Source: a virus
DNA length: 64,000 bases
Virus record (IMG/VR): IMGVR_UViG_3300027763_002499
Span: 26,549-90,548 of that record
Direction: 5' to 3' (one strand)
This document shows positions 48,861 to 57,703 of the stretch, in pieces. Made by a program: the position numbers and the translations under genes. The first letter of the stretch is position 1; each line of letters starts with the position of its first letter. The notes below the pieces were generated by a model, which worked only from the letters and a program-made list of their open reading frames with translations, did no database searches and had not been told where the DNA came from.

Positions 48861-48906
48861 ATAGTACTTTAGTCGAGGTATTTACCTCCTATGACTAAAG
48901 TACTAT
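48861..48906 (-). promoter_or_regulatory. long hairpin enclosing a TAAATA motif at the head of the cluster
   Basis: 14-bp ATAGTACTTTAGTC/GACTAAAGTACTAT stem with inner GAGGTA/TACCTC. Confidence 0.55.
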
Positions 48907-48916
48907 ATTGGATATC

Positions 48917-49426
48917 TTATTCTACAGTTAATCCGTGCCTGGCAATAGCGTCACGTAGTGCTTCTTCTACAAAATCGTTAAAGGTTTGGCCACGTTCATG
49001 TGCCATAATCATGTACTTTAACAGCTCATCATTTGGAATATCCAATGGTAAACTTACACGAGTGTCGTAGTCCTCACCAGCAACAATAGCAGATGCCTTT
49101 TCAATAAAGTCTTCTATTACATCTAAATCAATATACTTTACGTTATCATATGCAAATTCAAGGTCAACTTTTCTAGCACGTTGTTCATCTTGATATTGTT
49201 GTAAATATTCAGGGTGAATCATTCTATAACAACGATCGTTGGCTGAGTCATGTACTTCAGCCACATAAACTACCTGTGTTTTACTATCAAAAACAGCACT
49301 GGCAGAATAATGCCCGCCGTCACTGTCTAACCAACGTGCGTTTGGACCAAAGCATTGCCAGCCATAATCACTACCACCAGTAATGCTATAATCAATGGAC
49401 TCAATAAACTCTTTTAGCGTTAACAT
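48917..49426 (-). CDS. conserved phage hypothetical protein
   Basis: 169-aa ORF, possible C-terminal RHH-like segment. Confidence 0.75.
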   Translation of the reverse strand: MLTLKEFIESIDYSITGGSDYGWQCFGPNARWLDSDGGHYSASAVFDSKTQVVYVAEVHDSANDRCYRMIHPEYLQQYQDEQRARKVDLEFAYDNVKYIDLDVIEDFIEKASAIVAGEDYDTRVSLPLDIPNDELLKYMIMAHERGQTFNDFVEEALRDAIARHGLTVE

Positions 49427-49570
49427 ATTAAACCTTATCTAGTACTTCATACGAATCATAGTAACACAATTCGTTCTCGAGTAGTTCGTCTAACTCAATT
49501 TCATTATAACACGATTCTGTTCTTACTGCAACCTGTTCATTGTTGATTACACGATAAAAGATTATTGTAA

Positions 49571-49852
49571 TCATGATTTATTCTCCCAGGAACCTTTTGT
49601 ATAATCCCAATGCCGAACATCATATATTTTTGCTGATAAACTATACCCAAACAGATTTATTTCAACTAAAGGACCAGCGTGGTCAAAACCAGTAAAATTT
49701 AAATCTACTGCAAATTCAAACATAAACGACGGGAAATGGATAAGGCTCACACTGTAAGCCTTTCTTTGAGAAATTAACTTTTCCCGTTGCCACAAACTTT
49801 TAAAAGTATTTTTTGAAAACGGATTTCGCACACCAAAATAAAATTTTAACAT
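49571..49852 (-). CDS. hypothetical protein
   Basis: 93-aa ORF, DHAG..YD.RHW. Confidence 0.65.
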   Translation of the reverse strand: MLKFYFGVRNPFSKNTFKSLWQREKLISQRKAYSVSLIHFPSFMFEFAVDLNFTGFDHAGPLVEINLFGYSLSAKIYDVRHWDYTKGSWENKS

Positions 49853-49873
49853 AATGTACCTATAAAGTAAATG

Positions 49874-50395
49874 TCATTTGTTTGAACCTTCAGGTGGTCG
49901 TTCGTAAGGAAAAGGCCAATTGTTGTTTATAATTGCTTCTGGTTTTGGACGCTTTTTTAGTTTAACATTTTCTTCAATTACAGTGCCATCATCTTTGCAT
50001 AGATCAACTTGATACGGTGCAATGATATGAACAGCACAGTCTTCTTCTTGCCACTCATGTTCACCATCGTAAAGCCATGCCGCGCCGCCTTCGTAGTAGA
50101 GTTCTTTAAGTTCTTGTTGTTCTAGTTCACCAATATCATCACTGAATTCCCACTCAACACTGATGCTGTCATCAAACTCGCAACCCCACCCTGCATCTGT
50201 TTTAGCGTATGCTACAGGATCACCCTTGTAAGGTAGGTTACAGTCCATGTCCGCTTCAATGAAGCCTTGACCCCAACGATAAGTTTCGTCAATGTTAAAC
50301 CAACTGATAGAACCATCAGGATTTTCTCGAAACATTTCTACATGGTAGACAATGCTTTTCTTTTCAAGGGGTTTAATGACATATACCTTAGACAT
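49874..50395 (-). CDS. acidic hypothetical protein
   Basis: 173-aa ORF. Confidence 0.7.
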   Translation of the reverse strand: MSKVYVIKPLEKKSIVYHVEMFRENPDGSISWFNIDETYRWGQGFIEADMDCNLPYKGDPVAYAKTDAGWGCEFDDSISVEWEFSDDIGELEQQELKELYYEGGAAWLYDGEHEWQEEDCAVHIIAPYQVDLCKDDGTVIEENVKLKKRPKPEAIINNNWPFPYERPPEGSNK

Positions 50396-50398
50396 AAT

Positions 50399-51112
50399 TT
50401 ATTTCCTATCACCAAATAGATTTAACAAGTTTAAGAACAGGTTGATAAAGTCCATATACAACGTTAACGCACCGCTAACTTCTGCGGCAGGACTTGTATC
50501 TACACTCAACTCTTCACGAATCTTCTGTGTATCATAAGCAGTTAAGCCAAGGAAGATGATAATAGCCAATGCTGAGATCACCATTTGCATTACTGTACTG
50601 CCAATAAAAATATTAACAATGCTGGCAATAAAAATATTAACAATGCTGGCAATAACAATGGCAATTAATCCTACAAACATAAACTTTCCCATGCTATCTA
50701 GACTACGTTTGGTAAAGTAGCCATAGCCACTCATAACACCAAACAAGATGGCCGCACCCATGAACGCACTTACAATACTACCCATGGTGAATACAGCAAA
50801 GATTGTAGCAAAGCTCAGGCCCATCAATGCCGCAAATCCATGTAAGCAAAGTTGTGCTACACTCTTACTTGGATTGTTGGCCAGCACCATGCCAACACCA
50901 AAAATTGCTAACAACGGAGCAAAGATCACAATCCATTTCGTTATTCCTGTAAAAAAGAATTGTAGCAACTCTGGGCTAGAGCCTACAAAATAACTAACAA
51001 TCATTGATACAATAATAGCAAGACTCATATGTCCGTAGACACGACCCATTGCTGAGTTAATTTCACTGGCTGAGCGATATGATACTTCGCCTGTATAATT
51101 TGCTTCAAACAT
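50399..51112 (-). CDS. Bax inhibitor-1/YccA family membrane protein
   Basis: about 7 TM segments, YGYFTKRSL, GLTAYDTQKI, GALTLYMDFINLFL. Confidence 0.92.
   Translation of the reverse strand: MFEANYTGEVSYRSASEINSAMGRVYGHMSLAIIVSMIVSYFVGSSPELLQFFFTGITKWIVIFAPLLAIFGVGMVLANNPSKSVAQLCLHGFAALMGLSFATIFAVFTMGSIVSAFMGAAILFGVMSGYGYFTKRSLDSMGKFMFVGLIAIVIASIVNIFIASIVNIFIGSTVMQMVISALAIIIFLGLTAYDTQKIREELSVDTSPAAEVSGALTLYMDFINLFLNLLNLFGDRK
50602..50649. repeat. perfect 24-bp tandem duplication
   Basis: CAATAAAAATATTAACAATGCTGG x2 (ASIVNIFI x2). Confidence 0.9.
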
Positions 51113-51204
51113 TTTAATCTCCTTGTTTAATTAGTTCATTCAATTCTAACATAAGTTTCTCCAGGTCGTCAACTAAATCCTGCTTGGCGATTTAAATTTC
51201 TGGT

Positions 51205-51414
51205 TTACGCTTCAACATCTTTCTTCTTTCGGGTGCGCTTTGGTTTTTCTGCCGCGCCTTCCACACCTGCAATGGCTTCGCGCACATCACGTAGTAAGGC
51301 CTCATCATCCCACTTTAACTCTGTACGCCCATTTGGATAGGTTGTTACTGTAAGGTGACTGCCCTTAACAATCACCGCATCGGTAACTTCTGCAAGTTTC
51401 TTTTTTGTAGCCAT
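51205..51414 (-). CDS. hypothetical protein
   Basis: 69-aa ORF. Confidence 0.65.
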   Translation of the reverse strand: MATKKKLAEVTDAVIVKGSHLTVTTYPNGRTELKWDDEALLRDVREAIAGVEGAAEKPKRTRKKKDVEA

Positions 51415-51657
51415 TTAATAATCCTCATCATAATTGAGAGCAATGTGTTTACCTATTTCAAGCAATCCAACTGCTGTAGGCAAATCACTTACCATAGTGT
51501 GAATCTGTTGTTCACCGTCTTTGCACGTACTTACTGCAACAAATTCTACAATGTTGCCCTGTTCAATTTGTTCTCGTATATCGTCAAGGATTTCTAGTAA
51601 GTCTGCTTTGAGCTTTCGCTGTTCTTTATCTTTTGGGTCAATACTAATAACGTTCAT
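51415..51657 (-). CDS. hypothetical protein
   Basis: 80 aa, GGAG RBS. Confidence 0.7.
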   Translation of the reverse strand: MNVISIDPKDKEQRKLKADLLEILDDIREQIEQGNIVEFVAVSTCKDGEQQIHTMVSDLPTAVGLLEIGKHIALNYDEDY

Positions 51658-51665
51658 ATACTCTC

Positions 51666-51893
51666 CTAGTTAGACAACTGCATTACCATGTACTCTTCGT
51701 CGGTAACATGGGCAACAGGTTTGATCCATCCTCGGTCGATACAGGCAGCAATAATCTGTCTATATTCCTGTGGACAACTTTTACTAATTTCAAAACTGGC
51801 ACGGCCCGATGTTACTAACCCATCAGTAATTCTAAAATGTTTATCCCCGGGTTGAATTGATTTGATGTTAGATTTAGCAAATGTAAAGTTCAT
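51666..51893 (-). CDS. hypothetical protein
   Basis: 75-aa ORF. Confidence 0.65.
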   Translation of the reverse strand: MNFTFAKSNIKSIQPGDKHFRITDGLVTSGRASFEISKSCPQEYRQIIAACIDRGWIKPVAHVTDEEYMVMQLSN

Positions 51894-52132
51894 TCTTCAA
51901 CTCCATTTTCTTTATCTAATAGATATTGAGCATGATCTCCATTGATTGGATTACCTTTCAATACTAAATGATCGTGCATTGCCATCATAGCATTGGCGAA
52001 CCACGCAGTCATTACGGCCTCAGAGTCAGCTTCAACACCATCTTCCGACCATACTTTATACTTTTCAGTAAAGAATTTAGCCCAAGCTCTGGCATCAGGA
52101 TTTGTGTGTATAGTCATATCATAATCGTTCAT
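51890..52132 (-). CDS. hypothetical protein
   Basis: 80 aa, DARAWAKFF..WFANAMM. Confidence 0.65.
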   Translation of the reverse strand: MNDYDMTIHTNPDARAWAKFFTEKYKVWSEDGVEADSEAVMTAWFANAMMAMHDHLVLKGNPINGDHAQYLLDKENGVEE

Positions 52133-52341
52133 TCTTCTTCAATTCCAAAATGACGTTTGACAGCTCTACTGGTGTTCCATCCTATGCCTTGAAAAAGATT
52201 TTTCTCAATTACAGTGTTACACTCTTGAATAATCAGCTCAGCAAATCGTTGCTCAAATTCGTTATCTAATGCATAGCGTGTAATACCATCAATGGTTATT
52301 AGTCTAGCTTCAATAGCAAGTTCTTGTATTCGTTTATTCAT
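52129..52341 (-). CDS. hypothetical protein
   Basis: MNKRIQELA..FAELIIQEC..HFGIEE. Confidence 0.65.
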   Translation of the reverse strand: MNKRIQELAIEARLITIDGITRYALDNEFEQRFAELIIQECNTVIEKNLFQGIGWNTSRAVKRHFGIEEE

Positions 52342-52538
52342 TTGTGGCCTTTGTGTATCAACTGATTCACAATGTTAAGGTCAAACTGTAGATCTACAAT
52401 ACGTTCTTTAAGAACTTGATATTCTGTACTATCCACATTGCCATTGTTACTAACAACAATACTCAGGTACATGTTTGCGGCCTCTTCATGGGCTCTTTTA
52501 ATTTCTTGTTCTAATAATGCTCGTCTATCTTTTAACAT
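52338..52538 (-). CDS. hypothetical protein
   Basis: 66 aa, AAGGAG RBS. Confidence 0.65.
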   Translation of the reverse strand: MLKDRRALLEQEIKRAHEEAANMYLSIVVSNNGNVDSTEYQVLKERIVDLQFDLNIVNQLIHKGHK

Positions 52539-52549
52539 ATCATACTCCT

Positions 52550-52720
52550 TTAGAATTCATCTTCATCAAATTCATCACTTACTTGATGAACCATATCGCA
52601 CATACAACTAAAACATGTGGGACAGAAGGATACAGGCAAAATACCAAAGTGGCCATGTATACCACCTTCGTCGTCTGTAAATTCGCAACTGCATACATTA
52701 CATTTGTGAGCATCGTTCAT
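52550..52720 (-). CDS. small Cys-rich protein (not in ORF track)
   Basis: 56 aa, CNVCSC..GHFGILPVSFCPTC; ATGA overlap with ligase. Confidence 0.65.
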   Translation of the reverse strand: MNDAHKCNVCSCEFTDDEGGIHGHFGILPVSFCPTCFSCMCDMVHQVSDEFDEDEF

Positions 52721-54051
52721 AGTTTCTCTCCTAATTCAAATCCCCTGAATCTCAAAAATCGAGGGAATCGCAAACTGTATGTACCATCTTGATTTTGTGT
52801 AATGGCATCGGCCCGTACTTCTACAATACTGCCATTAAGACTAGTCCTGTCATTCCAATACTCAATGCGGTGCTCATCAGTAAAGCCGCTACCCACGTTG
52901 ACCCGAATTGACTTGCCATCATCAATTCCTTCACATACAAGAGCACCGAGACGTCCAATATTTTTTCCTGTACCTTCTTCAACATCTATAACTCCTAAGC
53001 TAACTTCAATAAATGGTTTCAATTTGAGCCAAGCTACACTGCGTTTGCATTCGTAGCCGGCATCGGGATCTTTGATCATAATACCTTCATAACCACCAGC
53101 GATGGCCTGTGCATTGATTTCTTTAAAACGTTTCTTGCCTGCATCTGTATCTAAATCAACAAGTTCCTGTGACAATGTACGCACATGAGTCAGCGTATCT
53201 TTGTGATGCTCAACAAATGCGGCAATATGTTGTGTGCGGAAACTTTGTTTGGCGTTCCACTTGCCTGCTTTAAAGTGTACCAGAGGAACGCAATCAAATA
53301 GATTCAATACAGCATCATCTGCGGCTACAGCACTCTTACGATGCACCTGCTTCATTAAGTCTTGGAAACTACTTGACATTATCTCGCCGTCGAACACCCA
53401 AGGCTCCAGCAAGCCAGTCGCCACTTGTTCGAACTGCTTTTTGACATGACCAAAGTTCACCAATTCCTTGCCGTTGCGGCTGTACTGATTTACCTGTCCA
53501 TCCGGATACACGATTGTTAGAATCCTGACCCCATCCAGTTTCACTTCGATTAGTCGTTTGCCACATACTTTGCTTTCATGGTTAGCCGAATCATGTGCCA
53601 GCTGACATTCAAATACAGGAATCAAGTAATGAGGTTTGGCTTGCTTGACTGGTTTTAGTTTGTTGATTACCTTGTTTACGGTAACTTCACTAATACCACA
53701 GCGCAGATCCTTTTGTAGGATACGCATGTACCAGTCGTTCCATTCATTTTGCTTTGCAACAGACAAGCATAGTTCAATTGCAGTTTTTGCGGAATCGCCA
53801 GTGAGCTCTCGTCTAGCAAGGTTATCTGCTAACGCACGGAAGGCAGTCCAGGTTAGGCCTTGACCATCTGGACCACTGTGCCGGGGGATTTTTTTGACAC
53901 CAAAAGTGATCATGGGGTCAAGTGCAAGACGCACACCGGCAAAGAATTCGTCATTCCCTGCTAAGGCCTCGGCTTCAATGATTGCTTCCTTTTCCAAACG
54001 ACTAGGATGTGTTTCTAGTGCATGAATAACAAAAGTATTTTGAGCCGACAT
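52717..54051 (-). CDS. lig: ATP-dependent DNA ligase
   Basis: EVKLDGVR, FDGEI, EGIMIK, WLKLK, VGSGF, SLRFPRF; start set by AGGA RBS. Confidence 0.95.
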   Translation of the reverse strand: MSAQNTFVIHALETHPSRLEKEAIIEAEALAGNDEFFAGVRLALDPMITFGVKKIPRHSGPDGQGLTWTAFRALADNLARRELTGDSAKTAIELCLSVAKQNEWNDWYMRILQKDLRCGISEVTVNKVINKLKPVKQAKPHYLIPVFECQLAHDSANHESKVCGKRLIEVKLDGVRILTIVYPDGQVNQYSRNGKELVNFGHVKKQFEQVATGLLEPWVFDGEIMSSSFQDLMKQVHRKSAVAADDAVLNLFDCVPLVHFKAGKWNAKQSFRTQHIAAFVEHHKDTLTHVRTLSQELVDLDTDAGKKRFKEINAQAIAGGYEGIMIKDPDAGYECKRSVAWLKLKPFIEVSLGVIDVEEGTGKNIGRLGALVCEGIDDGKSIRVNVGSGFTDEHRIEYWNDRTSLNGSIVEVRADAITQNQDGTYSLRFPRFLRFRGFELGEKL

Positions 54052-54111
54052 GTGCATCCTTAAGAAATTAGTTGGGGGCTTTAGGCCTGCCCCCGCAAGG
54101 CCCAAAGTCTA

Positions 54112-54402
54112 TTAAGCGGCTTTGGAAACAGGGCCAGTCTTAATAAGATCAGCCACTTTGCGCTTTGTGCGCTTGGCCAGCTCTTCGGCGATAGCAACGC
54201 CAGCATGACCAGAGATGTTCTTGGCATGCAAGAACTCCAGTGCTTCAACCTTTGAAGCAGGTTTTGCCAACTCATAAAGTTGGATGTCGGTATGACCGGT
54301 CTTGACCAAGGTCTTGATGCGAGTCATGTCAGTTGCGAAACGGGCCTTTGTTTTGCCATCTTTAGTTGAATAGCCAGCCACTGTAAAAAGTTTATCAGAC
54401 AT
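54112..54402 (-). CDS. conserved phage hypothetical protein
   Basis: 96 aa, AGGAG RBS; promoter TTGACC-17-TATAAT at 54480-54508. Confidence 0.75.
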   Translation of the reverse strand: MSDKLFTVAGYSTKDGKTKARFATDMTRIKTLVKTGHTDIQLYELAKPASKVEALEFLHAKNISGHAGVAIAEELAKRTKRKVADLIKTGPVSKAA

Positions 54403-54533
54403 ATTATCTCCTGTGAGTGTGTCTTAGTTTAGCAAGAAATCCGCTTGCTGTCGGTTATGAGCATCGTGCCCATAATCTTATTATACCACCAAGTGTTCGA
54501 AAGGTCAACCACTTTTTGGCAAAATATCTCAAA

Positions 54534-54956
54534 TTATTTTGTCACCATGTAAGGCTTATCCCATGAGCCAACACTCAGGTGAATGTAATAAGCGGTATGG
54601 AAGTAATCAGTCATTGCATCACTATCATCAAACCAACGACGTCCGCCGGGGATGGTGCTGGGTGCAATTTTAATGATACGCAAAAACTGATCAATAGAGT
54701 CTTTGGCTTCGCCAGTAAAATGATCTTGGAACCAGTATTGATTAACCTGCATATAACCTTCTGCAAGACGAGTGTCAACATGACGGTCATCTATAGTTTG
54801 GTTATAGTTTTCAATAAAGTCAACCGGACCAGACTTGACTGTGACGTCAACGCTGAGTGAACCACTGCCTTTACGCACACCAAATTTGAACTTAGGGAAT
54901 TGAGCTTTGAGTTCGTCGCGAATTGCCTTAACTTCGTTTGCACTAATATAAGCCAT
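54534..54956 (-). CDS. phage early protein (LPD29-like)
   Basis: IRDELKAQFPKFKFGVR..WFDDSDAMTDYF; promoter TTGACC-17-TATAAT at 54989-55017. Confidence 0.6.
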   Translation of the reverse strand: MAYISANEVKAIRDELKAQFPKFKFGVRKGSGSLSVDVTVKSGPVDFIENYNQTIDDRHVDTRLAEGYMQVNQYWFQDHFTGEAKDSIDQFLRIIKIAPSTIPGGRRWFDDSDAMTDYFHTAYYIHLSVGSWDKPYMVTK

Positions 54957-55023
54957 TTGTCAGTTCCTTTTTGTTTAACAATACGTGTATTATACTGGAT
55001 TCTGCCCGTTTGGTCAACCGAAA

Positions 55024-55278
55024 TCAGTCACCAATTGCTCTTACAAGTTGTTGTGTTTTTGCAACAACATTTTCAATTTCTATCAAGCTTGCTTGACCAT
55101 GGCCCAATAATGCTTCAGATTCTGTAGCATATCTACGGACCACATCACTGTCGCCATTGGGATAAAATACACAGGTCTCGTATTTCATTGTTCCATAGTG
55201 CATGTCGTGCAGATTAACGGTACTGATCATCAATTTACCGACTTCGGTAACTGCTACAGTTTCAGGTGTCTTAAACAT
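55024..55278 (-). CDS. hypothetical protein
   Basis: ISTV..YETCVF..RYATESEALLGH. Confidence 0.65.
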   Translation of the reverse strand: MFKTPETVAVTEVGKLMISTVNLHDMHYGTMKYETCVFYPNGDSDVVRRYATESEALLGHGQASLIEIENVVAKTQQLVRAIGD

Positions 55279-55474
55279 TTACAAACTCCATTCTAGGATG
55301 ATATTCAATTCGGTAGCCTTGACTAGCAGGATATAACCCAAACAATTCGGCGCATTCGCGTTTCATGCTTGCTTCATCCCTATCACGCCAAACTGTGATA
55401 CTAACCGTACGCTCGCCAGTTTTTACACGACGGTCTGCTTTGTAGATGAACAAGGTATAGTCTTGACGCATCAT
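55271..55474 (-). CDS. hypothetical protein
   Basis: MMRQDYTLFIYKADRR; AAGGAG RBS. Confidence 0.65.
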   Translation of the reverse strand: MMRQDYTLFIYKADRRVKTGERTVSITVWRDRDEASMKRECAELFGLYPASQGYRIEYHPRMEFVNV

Positions 55475-55845
55475 GCAATCTCCTTGCGAAAATAACCATA
55501 GGGCAAGCCCTGGGTAAAACAAAAATACTCCGAGTCGCCGTTGGCGCCTTCTGCGTCCATGAGCCACGCAATCACACGCTCACGGTTGGTACCAGTGTGC
55601 ATTAGATTTGCAACACGGTTTTCAAAATCAACAACGGCCTGGGCTTCGGCGGCCTTACGAGCAATATCTTCACGCTCGATAATTTCTTCCAACTGCCTGA
55701 ACTCGGCTAGGTAGTCTGCTTCGGTCCAACTAGAAGTATCAATACCGCGGGGGCGAATGCCAAACGCATCTTTGTACATGTCCCAATAGATACAGGCATA
55801 CTGCTCAAGGGTTGTCATCTCTTCCCAGCTTTTGAAGTCTTCCAT
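55471..55845 (-). CDS. conserved phage early protein
   Basis: YWDMYKDAFGIRPR..GLPYGYF; promoter TTGACC-17-TATAAT at 55876-55904. Confidence 0.8.
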   Translation of the reverse strand: MEDFKSWEEMTTLEQYACIYWDMYKDAFGIRPRGIDTSSWTEADYLAEFRQLEEIIEREDIARKAAEAQAVVDFENRVANLMHTGTNRERVIAWLMDAEGANGDSEYFCFTQGLPYGYFRKEIA

Positions 55846-55963
55846 TTTGAACTCCTTTTTACTTAACATGTATCTATTATAGCCGATTTAGCCCTTTTGG
55901 TCAACCATTTTTTGGTGTTTTTTAGACTTTTTTGAGCCTATTTTTGTTGTTTTTTAGCAACAC

Positions 55964-55988
55964 ATTCTGCTTAAAAATTAAGCAGAAT
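55964..55988. promoter_or_regulatory. palindrome ATTCTGCTTAA-AAA-TTAAGCAGAAT
   Basis: perfect 11-bp arms next to a TGTTG-N8-CAACA site. Confidence 0.5.
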
Positions 55989-55993
55989 TTCAC

Positions 55994-56353
55994 CTAATAT
56001 GTTACGCCAGGGCCGGCTACAAAGGACGGTATAATTGGAGTAGGATCAACGACCTCGCCGTAACGACGCACTTGTCTCTGTTCATATTCTGTAAGAAAGT
56101 CGTTACTGACCAATTCCCAGTCTGAAATACATTCTCCATATCGTTTGGGATTTGCTTGTATTGTTTTATTATTCAATACAATTTTAGGTCTTAACTGGTA
56201 CAAAATAAAATCTAACATTTTCCAGTCTTTTCGAAAATGTTTTTTATATGTTTCAGCGTCTGGAATGTAAAAGTATTCATTATGACGCTTACCAAAACCA
56301 TAATCACCGTCAAGGTAGGTAACATAAAACCATGTTACGACACGAAGTTTCAT
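55994..56353 (-). CDS. hypothetical protein
   Basis: 119 aa; promoter TTGACT-17-TACAAT at 56384-56412. Confidence 0.65.
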   Translation of the reverse strand: MKLRVVTWFYVTYLDGDYGFGKRHNEYFYIPDAETYKKHFRKDWKMLDFILYQLRPKIVLNNKTIQANPKRYGECISDWELVSNDFLTEYEQRQVRRYGEVVDPTPIIPSFVAGPGVTY

Positions 56354-56408
56354 TTTTAATCCTTGTTTAGTCTCAATACAAGTATTGTAGCAGTTTGGAA
56401 ATTTTTAG

Positions 56409-56642
56409 TCAACCAAAGGCAGATATTAACCCTACAATTCCAATGGCTATTGACACAATGTTAACTGCCATTTGTGGCCGATTACCTGCACGAATAGCCC
56501 AGATTAAAAACGCTAGAGTCCCTACGGCAAAGACCACAATATTATAAGGATACATTGTAGGACCAATAGCATTCAATGAGTGCCCTGCAATAATTAAAAC
56601 AGCTCCGGCCCATTGTAGCACTTCATCAAAGTCAATTTTCAT
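56409..56642 (-). CDS. small membrane protein
   Basis: three hydrophobic segments. Confidence 0.7.
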   Translation of the reverse strand: MKIDFDEVLQWAGAVLIIAGHSLNAIGPTMYPYNIVVFAVGTLAFLIWAIRAGNRPQMAVNIVSIAIGIVGLISAFG

Positions 56643-56848
56643 TGTGATAAGGTGTCCACAATTCGTTGCTCGATCAGATCCATTTCTGCCTGCTCCAAGT
56701 AAAAGTCTGTGGTTGGGTCATAGTACTGACCTTCTCGAACATCGTAATACAACACACGACCATTGAAGTTGAATGGACCTTCCAAGCCCGCACGTGGACC
56801 ATACTTTTCACGCATACGGTCTACGGAATTCAAAACTCGATAACCCAT
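56639..56848 (-). CDS. conserved phage hypothetical protein
   Basis: GLEGPF..GRVLYYD..EGQYYDPTTDFY. Confidence 0.75.
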   Translation of the reverse strand: MGYRVLNSVDRMREKYGPRAGLEGPFNFNGRVLYYDVREGQYYDPTTDFYLEQAEMDLIEQRIVDTLSQ

Positions 56849-56856
56849 GTCAATCC

Positions 56857-57024
56857 TTAAGAAAAGAACTCTGCGGCTTCAGCCATAAACACACGATAGG
56901 CTTCCAAGGTCTTTTGTGTTTGGGCCAGGGGATGGTCTTTGACAAATTGTATAAAGTCCAAAAAGTTCATACCCAAAAAGTCTGCGTCTTTTTGCAAAAC
57001 TGAAATAGCTGTAGAGATTTTCAT
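56857..57024 (-). CDS. hypothetical protein (not in ORF track)
   Basis: 55 aa MKISTAISVLQKDADFLG..., AAGGA RBS. Confidence 0.6.
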   Translation of the reverse strand: MKISTAISVLQKDADFLGMNFLDFIQFVKDHPLAQTQKTLEAYRVFMAEAAEFFS

Positions 57025-57036
57025 AATTTGTTCCTT

Positions 57037-57261
57037 TTAACCACGAATTTCAAAGGCAAAATCAGTGCCTGTCCTAGTGACATAAATCTTACGACCATGC
57101 ACCGTAATGTAACCCCACTCGCCATCTTGGTAAATGTCATGTGGATCTTTTTCAAGTGTGACATTACGCACAATTTCACAAAAACCATTGCGCCATGTAG
57201 GCAGTTTTTGCTTAAAGTACCGGTCGTTATCACGTTGTACAATAAAGATTTTTGCTTTCAT
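57037..57261 (-). CDS. hypothetical protein, leaderless start
   Basis: TTGACC-17-TATAAT at 57268-57296 puts +1 on the ATG. Confidence 0.65.
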   Translation of the reverse strand: MKAKIFIVQRDNDRYFKQKLPTWRNGFCEIVRNVTLEKDPHDIYQDGEWGYITVHGRKIYVTRTGTDFAFEIRG

Positions 57262-57355
57262 GTATTGATTATACTGGTTCTACCCCAAATGGTCAACCAT
57301 TTAAAGAAAAACCCTACACAAGGTAGGGTTTGTTGTATTTTTGCAACAAATCTGC

Positions 57356-57643
57356 TTATTTTTTAGGCAAATCCCTTGCTAATTGGTACCAGTCTGTGGC
57401 TTTTTTGTAGTTAAAATTTGGGTGCCTATACATATAATCTCGTTTGCGCTCTGCTATCTCTAGTGCATCTAACAAACGCATTTTGTCATTAAACGGAAGC
57501 GACATTAAGATACTGTTCATATCTGTAATGTCTAACATGTACTCTACCCACTTTTCCGTGGCTTTTATTTTGTGAAAGCTGGACTGCCCTTTATTATTGT
57601 TATTAGTAGCAGTGTATTTTTGAATAAAATTAATTGCTCGCAT
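57356..57643 (-). CDS. hypothetical protein
   Basis: 95 aa; promoter TTGACA-17-TATAAT at 57673-57701. Confidence 0.7.
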   Translation of the reverse strand: MRAINFIQKYTATNNNNKGQSSFHKIKATEKWVEYMLDITDMNSILMSLPFNDKMRLLDALEIAERKRDYMYRHPNFNYKKATDWYQLARDLPKK

Positions 57644-57703
57644 ACTAATCCTTCCTTGGTGGTTGAATTAGTATTATACTACAAAACAAACCATTTGTCA
57701 AGT

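Noticed and set aside
54052-54105. 18-aa N-terminal extension of the ligase in the track
   Set aside because: It crosses a GC-rich hairpin; an AGGA RBS supports the start at 54051.
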